Below are positions 1 to 9,500 of a stretch of DNA of 64,000 nucleotides, one piece after another. Under the pieces are notes generated by a model. The model was not told where the DNA came from, searched no databases, and was given only the letters and a program-made list of their open reading frames with translations. Position 1 is the first letter of the stretch, and every line of letters begins with the position of its first letter. A program made the position numbers and the translations under genes. Source of the DNA: Pseudomonadota bacterium (lineage in GTDB: Bacteria; Myxococcota_A; UBA796; UBA9615); NCBI GenBank assembly GCA_024229515.1, contig JAAESI010000340.1, positions 92,808 to 156,807 on the forward strand, given 5' to 3'.

Positions 1-730
1 CGCCCCCGCCGCCGTCGTCGTCGACGTTGGCGCCGGAGCCGCCGTTGGCCTGCAGGGTCGCACCGGCCCCGAGGTTGATCGTCGTGGCGTCCAGGAGGAT
101 GCCGCCGCCGGATCCCCCGCCCGCGGCGTCGTTGTTGACGTTGGGGCCGTTGCCGCCGTTCATGGAGACGCTGCCGTCCAGCGTGATGGTCGCGGCCTCG
201 ATCCAGAGCGCGGCGCCGCCGTCGCCCCCTTCACCGCCGCCGTCGCCATCGGCCGAGCCCGCCGCGCCGCCGGCCGAACCCATCTGGATGGCGTTGCTGT
301 CCGAGGCGCCGTACGCGCTGCCGCCGAGGCCGTCGGGGGTGGAGCCGTTGTCGCGGGAGCCGAAGCCGCCGTCGCCGCCGTAGGCGCCGCCGCCGCCGGA
401 GTCCTGGCAGCAGGCGCCGCCGGTGCCGCCGCCGGGGCCTTCACCGCCGGCGTTGTTCTGCCCGCGGTAGCCGGCCGCGTTGCCGACGATCGAGGAGCTG
501 GCGTCGACGGTCACGGTGCCGCTGACGACGAGGTGGAGCAGCCCCGTGGTCGAGGCGTCGCCGTCGTAGGCGGCGACGTTCAGGGTCGCGCCGTTGATGA
601 GGGTGACGTTGTCGAAGGTCTGGGTCCCCCCCAGGGTCTGCGACGTGCCGTCCAGCAGCAGGTCCTGCGCGGCCGCGGGGGCGGCACTCAGGAGCGTGAC
701 GGAGACGAGGAAGAGAAGGGCTCGGCGCAT
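1..730 (-). CDS. secreted glycine-rich beta-helix-like repeat protein, partial (C-terminus off window)
   Basis: My own translation of the minus strand from the ATG at 730 gives MRRALLFLVSVTLLSAAPAAAQD (signal peptide), then LLLDGTSQTLGGTQTFDNVTLINGATLNVAAYDGDASTTG, then Gly-rich tracts. The frame stays open to position 1. It is absent from the track because it has no in-window stop. Confidence 0.6.
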   Translation of the reverse strand, partial: MRRALLFLVSVTLLSAAPAAAQDLLLDGTSQTLGGTQTFDNVTLINGATLNVAAYDGDASTTGLLHLVVSGTVTVDASSSIVGNAAGYRGQNNAGGEGPGGGTGGACCQDSGGGGAYGGDGGFGSRDNGSTPDGLGGSAYGASDSNAIQMGSAGGAAGSADGDGGGEGGDGGAALWIEAATITLDGSVSMNGGNGPNVNNDAAGGGSGGGILLDATTINLGAGATLQANGGSGANVDDDGGGG

Positions 731-868
731 GCGGAGACGATAGCGCCGCGGGGGGCCGGGCGCTCAAGCCGGCGCTGCCTCCTCCGATGACGGAGGCATG
801 CGTGTCTGCGTGCTCCCCCTGGCGGTCCTCCTCAGCCTGCGTGCCCGGCGGCCGACGGAGCGGTCCTG

Positions 869-1573
869 ATGGGGCAAGGGCTCGCGGCCTGGAGCTGGGA
901 GTCGGTGACGTTGCTGGACGCCGCCGGCGAGGTGACCAGCTCCGCCACCATCCCCGACCCCGACGGCGTCGGCGTCGACAGCACGGGCATGTACTGGGGC
1001 ACCGGCAGCGGCGAGGTCTGGAAGCTCCACTCGCTCGTGGACGGCGGCCCCAACGAAGCCTGGTTCCACACCGGCGGAAACAACAACGACCTCACGATCG
1101 ACCCGGTCGGTGACGTGCTCTACGTGGCCCAGAACGAGGGCGCCGTCTGGCGCATCGACTCCACCGGCGCCCAGAACGCCTCCCCCACCGGGGACGCGGT
1201 GGCGGTCGACATGGGCGCCGAGGGCGAGGTCTGGGTGCACGGCCGCATGGCCGGGGGGCTGTGGTCGATCGATCCGGTGACCCTGGAGGCGGTGCTCGAG
1301 GCCGAACTGGCGGCGCTCGACCCCAGTTGGATCACGAGCAACCGCGTGGCCTTCAACCCCGTCGACGGCAAGGTCTACACCTCGTCCTACTTCGCGGACG
1401 CGGGAGGGCAGATCGTGCGCTGGGATCCCAACGAGCCGGACGTGCTCGACCACTGGACCACGGGCCTCAACAACCCGGAACTGAACCCCGACGGGGTGGA
1501 GTGGCACGACGGTTGCCTGTACTGGACCGCGCCCCTGGCGGGGAAGATCTACCGCGTCTGCGAGTGCCCCTAA
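869..1573 (+). CDS. beta-propeller-like repeat protein (SMP-30/NHL-like), hypothetical
   Basis: 234-aa ORF with periodic blade-like motifs (GEVWKL, GAVWRI, GGLWSI, GQIVRW, GKIYRV). There is no in-frame signal peptide. Confidence 0.55.
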   Translation: MGQGLAAWSWESVTLLDAAGEVTSSATIPDPDGVGVDSTGMYWGTGSGEVWKLHSLVDGGPNEAWFHTGGNNNDLTIDPVGDVLYVAQNEGAVWRIDSTGAQNASPTGDAVAVDMGAEGEVWVHGRMAGGLWSIDPVTLEAVLEAELAALDPSWITSNRVAFNPVDGKVYTSSYFADAGGQIVRWDPNEPDVLDHWTTGLNNPELNPDGVEWHDGCLYWTAPLAGKIYRVCECP

Positions 1574-2532
1574 CCGTCGAACTCGGGGCAGCCGGTGAAC
1601 GAACCGTCACCCGCCGGGTCGTAGTCATCCGCCGCGCTCTGGCAGGTGCCCGCGGCGATGTTGGACCAGATGATGTCGGCGCAGGAGCGCGGCTGGAGCA
1701 CGACGCCGTCGAGGTAGGCACCGGTGATCTGCTCGGCCACGACGGTGATGCAGAAGGGGCCGGGATCGGGCGCGCCGCACTCGTGGCAGGCGACGCCGTA
1801 GGCCTCCTCCACGAAGTCGCAGGCCGCGCCCTCGCCGCCCCCGAGGGTCTCGTCCAGCGGCCGGCTGTCCATGCTCGCGTGCAGGCGGCCGTCCACGAAC
1901 GCGCTCAGGTCGGGCTCGAAGCGGCCGGAGATCGTGACGTCGGTGAGGGTCGAAGCTTCACCGCTGATCTCCAGGGCGAGGTCGATGGGGCCCAGGTCGA
2001 GCCACGGGTCCAGCCACTCCGCGGGCGTGTCGTCGCTCGTGTCGAAGGCCTCGTCGGCACCGGCGGTCAGGTTCAAGGACTCGTTGCACAGGCCCTGAAG
2101 CACGTTGCCGTCGTCGTCCGCGGAACCGGCCGCGCCGAACATCTGCAGGCCCGGCTGCCCCCCCGCGGAGAAGTCGGATCCCTCGCCGACGCTGAAGAGG
2201 AGGTACTCGTCGCTCAGCAGGGTCGACAGCAGCCCCCCCGCCCCGGGCGGTTCGACGAACGTCGCGCCCGCGAGGTCCAGCGAGTAGACGCGACCCGGCA
2301 GCGACGAGGTCTCCTCCACTTCGGGCGCCGGCGGGAACCCGTCGTCGTCGTCCGAGGCGTCGTCGTCGTCGTCCCCGCTGGCGTCGTCATCGTCGTCCCC
2401 GGAGGCGTCGTCGTCGTCCCCCGCGGGCCCCATGTCGTCGTCGTCGTCGGTGGCGAAGGGGTCGACCTGGTAGCAGGCTCCGACCATCAAGAGCGCGACC
2501 GCGCTAGCGATCAAACGAACAAACCACGTCAT
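1570..2532 (-). CDS. lipoprotein with poly-Asp tether, hypothetical
   Basis: An internal Met of ORF 1570..2586 gives MTWFVRLIASAVALLMVGAC (lipobox), followed by DDDDDMGPAGDDDDASGDDDDDASGDDDDDASDDDD. The body is Cys-containing and non-repetitive. Confidence 0.65.
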   Translation of the reverse strand: MTWFVRLIASAVALLMVGACYQVDPFATDDDDDMGPAGDDDDASGDDDDDASGDDDDDASDDDDGFPPAPEVEETSSLPGRVYSLDLAGATFVEPPGAGGLLSTLLSDEYLLFSVGEGSDFSAGGQPGLQMFGAAGSADDDGNVLQGLCNESLNLTAGADEAFDTSDDTPAEWLDPWLDLGPIDLALEISGEASTLTDVTISGRFEPDLSAFVDGRLHASMDSRPLDETLGGGEGAACDFVEEAYGVACHECGAPDPGPFCITVVAEQITGAYLDGVVLQPRSCADIIWSNIAAGTCQSAADDYDPAGDGSFTGCPEFDG

Positions 2533-3478
2533 CTTGCACCTCCCCGTTGAGGCTCCACGGCCAGCAGCCGGAGCATGAATCGTCATCGCTGAAGTCGATG
2601 GTCGCGACGTCCCCGAACGCCTCGATCACCGCGGTTCCGCTGTCTGGGTTGGAACCGAAGCAGTTGCCCGACTCGCCCAGCGTGAGGCTCGCCAAGACCG
2701 GGCCGCGGCAGCGCACGGTGCCGGCGAAGTCGAAGGTGTGGACCTCGGACGGCGGCGCGGTCCAGTCACCGGTCCAGTCGTAGCTGCCGACCACCCCCTG
2801 GGGCATCGCCGCGTCGATCGTCGAGTTGGGCACGCCGACCAGCTGGAGCTCGCCCGCCGAGGTGTCGTCGCGCCAGATCCCGCCGTCGCCCTCGCTCGCG
2901 GTCCAGGTGCCCGAGAACGCCAGCGAGTCGTAGTCGCCCGCCCCCGCCGAGGACCACGCCTTGGCCGTGCTCACGGTGGTCGAGCTGCCTTCGGCGGAGG
3001 TGCGGACCTGGGTCAGCTCGCCCTCGTAGCCGACGCCGCCCCCGTCGGTGGTGCAGCCGCCGCTCCACACGGTCGTGCCCGGGCTGGCGGGGTGGTCGCC
3101 GGCCCAGGTGGGGCAGTTGGGTTCGGCGCTGGCGAGTCCGAAGCGCAGGATCTCGCCCAGGTAGCGCATCTGGGCCAGGGCGAACGTCGTGCGCACGAAC
3201 TCGGTGCCGTCGCTCAGGTCGAGCGGGTCCACGGTCTCCCCGTCGGGGCAGAGGAACTCGACGTCGGTGAAGTCATCGTCATCGGTCGCGTCGTCGTCGT
3301 CCGGGTGGGTCGCGCTGTCGTCGTCATCGGCGACGTCGTCGTCATCGGCGCTGTCGTCGTCGTCCGGCGCATCGGTTGCGTCGTCGTCGTCAGACGGGGT
3401 GGGCGGCTCGCTCGGACAGGCTCCCAACAGAAGCAGGCAGGCGAGCGCGCTCGACATTGGCACGAGCTTCGCGATCAT
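2504..3478 (-). CDS. lipoprotein with poly-Asp tether, hypothetical
   Basis: ORF 2504..3496. MIAKLVPMSSALACLLLLGAC contains a lipobox and is followed by SDDDDATDAPDDDDSADDDDVADDDDSATHPDDDDATDDDD. The start is ambiguous (3478, 3457 or 3496). Confidence 0.65.
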   Translation of the reverse strand: MIAKLVPMSSALACLLLLGACPSEPPTPSDDDDATDAPDDDDSADDDDVADDDDSATHPDDDDATDDDDFTDVEFLCPDGETVDPLDLSDGTEFVRTTFALAQMRYLGEILRFGLASAEPNCPTWAGDHPASPGTTVWSGGCTTDGGGVGYEGELTQVRTSAEGSSTTVSTAKAWSSAGAGDYDSLAFSGTWTASEGDGGIWRDDTSAGELQLVGVPNSTIDAAMPQGVVGSYDWTGDWTAPPSEVHTFDFAGTVRCRGPVLASLTLGESGNCFGSNPDSGTAVIEAFGDVATIDFSDDDSCSGCWPWSLNGEVQDDVVCSFDR

Positions 3479-3486
3479 CGGATCGG

Positions 3487-5580
3487 ATGATGCCACTGTC
3501 CCGCAACCGCCAGAAGCCGATCCTCGTTGCAGTTCTGTGGTTGTTTGCCCTCACCGGCTGCCCCACCGGGGCACCCCACGACTGCGAAACCAAGGCCGAA
3601 GAGCTCGGCTTCGCCCCCTGCACGGGCACGATCGAGGATGTGGAGACGTGGGAGCGGTTCAGCATCCCCGCGGGCCAGGTGGACCTGCTGCGGGCGGCCA
3701 AGCACATGGTGCCGTCGGTCGAGGATGCGCGGGTGCCGACCCTGTACGTCGACAGCAACCGCTACCTGCTCCACTACGACTTCATCGTCGAGGTGTTCGG
3801 CGATCGCTTCCCCGGCCTGACGCCGGTCGACTACGTGACCCTGGTCCTGCACCCCACCGAGCGGGAGTACTACACCGGCACCATCGGGCAGTACCTGCGC
3901 ACGGACGGCTCGACGCTGTACGGCTTCACCGTCTGGGACGACCTCACCGACCCCGAGGCGGCGCTGACGGCGGAGGAGGCGACGGCCGCGTGGGAGTCGA
4001 TCTCGGAAACCTTCACCCTGCGCCCCCTGGTCTGGGTGCCGGTGTCCAACCGGCAGCGCGACATCGCCCGCTCCTGGGACGTGCCCTTCCCGATGCACGA
4101 CCCCGCGGACGACGTGGCCTACGAGGCGTACACGCAGGGGACGGGCTACGGCACCGTGCGGCTGGTCCCCGTCGAGGAGCTCGGCGCCGCCATCGAGCAG
4201 GCCAGCTTCGGCTTCCGCGACCTGCTCGTCCTGGACGACGCCCCCCTGGACATCGAACGCGTGATCGCCGGAGCGGTGACGGCGGCGCGGCAGAACGAGC
4301 TGTCCCACCTGAACGTGCGCAGCGCAGCCCGCGGCACCCCCAACTGCTACCTCCGGGACGCCTTCGAGGCGCTCGCCGAATGGGAGGGGCAGCTGGTCGC
4401 GCTGACCTGTGCCCAGGACGGCCTGACCGTCGAGGAGACGACCCTGGACGAGGCCGAGGCGTGGTGGGAGCAGCTGCGCCCCGAGCCGGTGGCGGTGCCG
4501 GAGCCGGACCTGGAGTTCGACGGGCTCACCCCGCTGCTGGAGATGCCGAGCGACTCGGCGGAGGAGCGCACCGCCAGCGGGGGCCGGTACGGCAGCAAGG
4601 CGGCGGCGCTGGGCACGCTGTACCAGCGCATCGATCCCGACCTGCAGTTGCAGGGGTTCGGGGTTCCGTTCTCGTACTACGCGGCGTTCGTCGAAGGCAC
4701 GTCGTGGACGTACGAGGAGCAGGAGCGCACGTTCGCCGAGACGCTGTCGGACTGGCTCGCCGACGAGGCGTTCGAGGCCGACGCGCCGCTGCGACGGAGC
4801 CGGCTGGAGGCGCTCCGAGACGCGATGGAGGCGGCGGCGAAAGACCCCGCCGTGGTCGCCGCGCTGGGGGCCCAGATCGAAGCGGTGTGGGGCACCGACC
4901 TGAAGATGGTGCGGTTCCGCTCCAGCAGCAACGCCGAGGACGGCCTCAGCTTCGGGGGGGCGGGGCTCTACGACTCGACCTCGGTCTGCCTCGCCGACAC
5001 CACCGACGGCGATGACGAGGGTCCGAGCCACTGCGACCCCGACCAGCCGAACGAACGCACGATCGAACGCGGCCTGGGCAAGGTCTGGTCGTCGCTGTGG
5101 GCGATGGCGGCGTTCGAAGAGCGGGCCTGGTACGGCATCGACCACGCCGAGGTCGCGATGGGCGTGCTGGTCAACGACCGGAGTGTCCACGAGCAGGCCA
5201 ACCTCGTCGTGTTCACGGGCGAGCCGGCGCTGCCGGGGGCGGACGACTACGTGGTGAACGCCCAGACCGGCGACGAGTCGGTGGTCTCGCCGCGGCCCGG
5301 CCAGGTGGTCGAGAAGTCGCTGCTGACGATGTCCGGGGGCGAGGTCGCCTCGATCGAGCGGGTCCGAGCCTCGAACCTGGTGCCCGCGGGGACCTGGGTG
5401 ATCGACGATGATCGGCTCCGCGAACTGGGGGCCGCGATGGCGGACATCGCGGGCCTGTACCCCGTCGACGAAGAGCCTCCCGACGGCGGCGTGGTGCTGC
5501 TGGACAGCGAGTGGAAGGTGCTCGAGGACGGGCGGCTGATCGTGAAGCAGATCCGGCCGTTCCTGCGGATGGAGGAGTGA
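3487..5580 (+). CDS. lipoprotein with PEP/pyruvate-binding (PPDK_N, ATP-grasp) domain
   Basis: The ATG at 3487 gives MMPLSRNRQKPILVAVLWLFALTGC (lipobox). PPDK_N-like signatures are GGRYGSKAAALGTLY..GFGVPFSYY, VRFRSSSNAEDGLSFGGAGLYDS, and GVLVNDRSVHEQANLVVFTGEP..VVNAQTGDESVVS. Confidence 0.75.
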   Translation: MMPLSRNRQKPILVAVLWLFALTGCPTGAPHDCETKAEELGFAPCTGTIEDVETWERFSIPAGQVDLLRAAKHMVPSVEDARVPTLYVDSNRYLLHYDFIVEVFGDRFPGLTPVDYVTLVLHPTEREYYTGTIGQYLRTDGSTLYGFTVWDDLTDPEAALTAEEATAAWESISETFTLRPLVWVPVSNRQRDIARSWDVPFPMHDPADDVAYEAYTQGTGYGTVRLVPVEELGAAIEQASFGFRDLLVLDDAPLDIERVIAGAVTAARQNELSHLNVRSAARGTPNCYLRDAFEALAEWEGQLVALTCAQDGLTVEETTLDEAEAWWEQLRPEPVAVPEPDLEFDGLTPLLEMPSDSAEERTASGGRYGSKAAALGTLYQRIDPDLQLQGFGVPFSYYAAFVEGTSWTYEEQERTFAETLSDWLADEAFEADAPLRRSRLEALRDAMEAAAKDPAVVAALGAQIEAVWGTDLKMVRFRSSSNAEDGLSFGGAGLYDSTSVCLADTTDGDDEGPSHCDPDQPNERTIERGLGKVWSSLWAMAAFEERAWYGIDHAEVAMGVLVNDRSVHEQANLVVFTGEPALPGADDYVVNAQTGDESVVSPRPGQVVEKSLLTMSGGEVASIERVRASNLVPAGTWVIDDDRLRELGAAMADIAGLYPVDEEPPDGGVVLLDSEWKVLEDGRLIVKQIRPFLRMEE

Positions 5581-6578
5581 TGCGCGCGCGACCGATGGTC
5601 CTGGCCTTGCTCGCGACGGTCCTGGCTGCGTGCCCCACGGGGGACGACGACGACAGCACCGGCGGGGACGACGACGACTCGGTGCCGGTCGGGGGGCCGG
5701 CGTTGCACCTCCCGGAGCGGTTCGCGTGGTGCCCCGACGGCGGCGGCGGCACGGGCGAGGGCACGCTCACGATCGGCGACGAAGCGGTCTACTGCGCCGC
5801 CTTCCACGAGACCCGCACGCTGGCCCAGGAGCGGGACGCCAAGGCGATGCTCTGGCTGGCGGACGGAGCCGTGGCGGTGCCGACGGTCGATGGAACGATC
5901 CCGTGGCGCCTCCCGGGTTGCGCGCTGACCGCCGACGGCGAGGAGCTGGCCCCGTCGGCCGACGGCGAGCTGACCGTGACGACCGACCTCGGAGGCAGCG
6001 GCCGGTACCGGCTTCAGCTGCGCCAGCCGATGGGCAGCCACGAGCTGGTGCTGTGGTTGGACGGTCCCCGCGACGAGCTGACCGCGGACGGACCGGCGAT
6101 GAACGGGGAGCACATCGGGCTCGCCACCGACACCGACCACGCCGTGGCCCTGCAGCTGTGCGAGGGCTCGTGCGGGTCCGCGGCCGAGGGGCTGCTCCTG
6201 GACTCGTGCCGGTTCGACCGGGTGGCGGCGGAGCGGCACCACATCGAGTTCGAAGGCGGCTGGATCGACGTCGAGCTGCGCATCGGCCAGTCCTTCCTCG
6301 CGACGCAGCCGGCGGTCTTCGTCGGCGGCGAGGGCGAGCTGGACGGGGCGCCGTTCGTGCAGCGGGACTACTTCGAGGCGCTCTACAACCCCGAGCATCA
6401 CCACTTCAGCCGCGACTTCGTGCTCTGGATCGACGGCGAGGACCGGGGCGTGTTGGTGGAGCACGCGGACCCGTTCTTCGACGCGCCGGCGGTCGCGGTC
6501 AGCGTGATCGACCACGACTTCGCGGTGGTGGAGAGCCGGGCGGTGACGGACGAGACCTACGAGACGAACGTCGACTAG
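5580..6578 (+). CDS. lipoprotein with poly-Asp tether, hypothetical
   Basis: The ATG at 5580 overlaps the upstream TGA (TGATG). MRARPMVLALLATVLAAC (lipobox) is followed by PTGDDDDSTGGDDDDS. Confidence 0.65.
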   Translation: MRARPMVLALLATVLAACPTGDDDDSTGGDDDDSVPVGGPALHLPERFAWCPDGGGGTGEGTLTIGDEAVYCAAFHETRTLAQERDAKAMLWLADGAVAVPTVDGTIPWRLPGCALTADGEELAPSADGELTVTTDLGGSGRYRLQLRQPMGSHELVLWLDGPRDELTADGPAMNGEHIGLATDTDHAVALQLCEGSCGSAAEGLLLDSCRFDRVAAERHHIEFEGGWIDVELRIGQSFLATQPAVFVGGEGELDGAPFVQRDYFEALYNPEHHHFSRDFVLWIDGEDRGVLVEHADPFFDAPAVAVSVIDHDFAVVESRAVTDETYETNVD

Positions 6579-9500
6579 CCCTTGCGGCGGATCTCGTGCA
6601 GCGAGGTGGTCTGCGCGCGCCCCCGAAGCTCGACCTCACCCAGGGACTTCGTCTCGAAGGGAGCCGCGTCTGTCAGCTTCTCCAGCGTCGTCCCGCTGAT
6701 CAGCACCGGCGAGCCGTAGGTCTTGGTCAGCCCTTCCAGGCGCGACGCCGTATTCACCGCGTCGGAGATGACGGTGGAGTCGATGCGCTCCTCTTCGCCG
6801 ATGGTGCCGAGCATCAGCGACCCGTGATGCAGCCCCACGCCGATGGTGATCTCGGGCAGCCCCCGGGAGGCCCGGTCAAGGTTCAGTTCAGCCACGGCGT
6901 CCTGCATCGCCAGCGCCGCCCGCACGGCGTCATCCACCGAGTTGGGGAACAGCGCCATCACCGCGTCGCCGATGTACTTGTCGATGAAGCCGTCGTGCTG
7001 CCGGATCACCGGCCCCACGCGGGCCAGGTACTCGTTCAGGAACGCGAAGTTCTCCTGCGGAGTCATGCCCTCGGACAGCGACGTGAACGAGCGGATGTCG
7101 CTGAACAGCACCGTCATGCTGCGCTGGACCGAGTCGCCGAGCCCGACGTCCACGACGCTCTCCTTCCCCAAGAAGGTCAGGAACTGCTGGGGCACGAACC
7201 GGGCGAACGCACCCGCGAGGGCCTCTGAGTTGGCGTAGAGCGCGGCGTTCTCGATCGAGATTGCGATCTGGGCGCTGAGCAGGTTGAGCAGCTCCAACCG
7301 CTCATTGGTGAAGGCGCCGGTGGTGAGCTCGTTCTCGAGGTACATCACCCCCGCCAGCTTGTCGCTGTGGACCAGGGGCACCGCCAGGATCGAGCGGGTG
7401 TGCCGGCCGCGGATGTACGGACAAGCGGTCAACGTCCCCGGGTTCGCGGTGTCCGCCACCAACACCGGACGCCGGGTGCGCGCGACGAGGTTCACCAACG
7501 CGGCCGAGAGATCGTCGGCCCCGTCCACGGGGCGATCGACCACCAGCACTTCGTCAGCGTCGGGGAGCCGCTCGGCGCGCACCGTCAGCGCCCCCGCATC
7601 CCCCAGAATCAGCATCGCGCGGCGGGCGCCCGCGTTCTCCAGCGCCAGGCCCAGCAGCCGCTCGAGCAGCCGCTCGGTCACGATCTCCCGCGCGACCACC
7701 TCGTTGGCCCGCAGCACGGTCAGCAGGTCGAGCGAAGGGCTTCCGGTCGAGGTCGTGGTGCTGGTCCCGCTCGTCATCGACGTGCTGGTCAGGAGCGGGC
7801 CGGCCGACGGGGCCAGGAGGGCCAGCTCGGGGTGCGCCTCGTCCAACCGCTGCACGGCCGCCAGCGCCCCACACCGCTCCCACGCTGCCCGCGCCGCGCG
7901 CAGGTAGACGCGGGCAACCCGTCGACGCGAAGCATGGAAGGCGACCGCACGCTCGTTCAGGATGGCCTCGTCGTTGGGGTAGGAGTTGGCCACGGCGGCG
8001 TCGATCGCCTCATCGATCAGCCGGGTAGCGGTGTCCGAGTCTCCACCGAGCCAGGCCAGCTCCGCCTCCAGGTACAGCTTCTTGTGGGTGAAGCCGAGGG
8101 GGGATGAGGCGGCCCACGCGTCGACCTTCTTCTTGACGCTCCGAACAGCCTTCAGGGCCTTCTTCCGCTCCCCTGGAGGCAGCGTGTCTAGGACCAACAG
8201 GTCGATCACCGCACCCAGCCACCAGTGCTGCGTGTACTGCGGGTTGCCGGTGACGGCCGCGTCGTACCCGCGGGCCTCCTGCATCCACGGCCGCGCCCCC
8301 GCGGGGTCCCCCCGCACCAGCAGCATGAGCCCTTTGCACATCGCAAAGCAGTGGATCGGAAGCTTGCTGGTGTAGCCCTCCAGCTCCGCCTTCCACACCG
8401 CCTCCGCCGCCTCGTCCGCTCCCAGGAACGGGGGCTGGGCCACGTCGCTGAGGCATCGCACGAGGTGCCGCATCACGTGCAGGCTCTGAAGCGAGTCGTC
8501 GATCCCGTAGCGGGTCGCATGATCCAGGTAGCGCTGCGCCAGCTCGTCCAGCTCGTGCAACGGCTCGCCCAGCAGCAACCGCAGGTTCATCATCTGGACG
8601 GCGACGTAGTGCGCGTGGAGCGGGTCGCCGGCCTCCAGCCCGGCCGCGAAGCCGTCCATCATCAGCGGGATCGCGCTGCGCTGATCGTGGGACCAGTGCT
8701 GCATCAGGCCGGCGACGGCCGACGGGATCTTCGCCAGCTGACCGGGGTCGGGGTAGGCCTGCGCGATGAGCTTGGCTCCCTCGTTGTACTCGTGGGCCTT
8801 CGCGAAGTCGCCGAGGATCGGTCCCACGACCATCGCGTAGCAGCCCCAGGCAAACGCCGAGTCGGGGGAGTTGCCGTAGCGGTAGCTCGTCTGCGCCATC
8901 TTCAGCAGCACGATCGAGCCGAGGTTGGAATTGATGAAGAAGGCCGCGGCGGCGATGTTGTTGAGCAGCTTCAGGGCCATGACCATCATGGGGTCGGAAG
9001 CCTCGGGCAGTTCGGCGATGGCGCGGGGGGCGGTCTTGCGGACGAGGAACTGGGTCTTGACCACCTCCAGCAGCATCGCGGGCATGCCCGGGTCGGCGGG
9101 GATCTTGATGCCCGCCAGCGCGACGGCCCGGGAGGCGGTGTTCACGGCCTCGCGGAAGTTGCTCCGGTTCGCGAGGATTTCGACCTGCAGGTTGTAGACC
9201 TGCATGCGCTCCAGGTCGGTGCGGCTCCGGCTCAGCAGCTCCTCGATGAGGCCATCGGCGACGTCCTTGTCGCCGCCCAGGTACTCACTCGCGGCGCGCT
9301 GGAACCAGGTGCTCCAGGCGAGTTCGTACTGCACCTCCCAGGGTGCATCCAGGAGCTCCGCCGCCGCCGTGAAGAAGTCGATGGCGGGGGCGTGGACGGA
9401 CGCCAGCCGGGCTTTGCGTCCCGCATCGGCGAACCACTGAGCGGCGGCCGCGCGCTCCGGGGGGGCCGTGATCAGGGCCGTCGCGTGCTGGTACTGCGTC

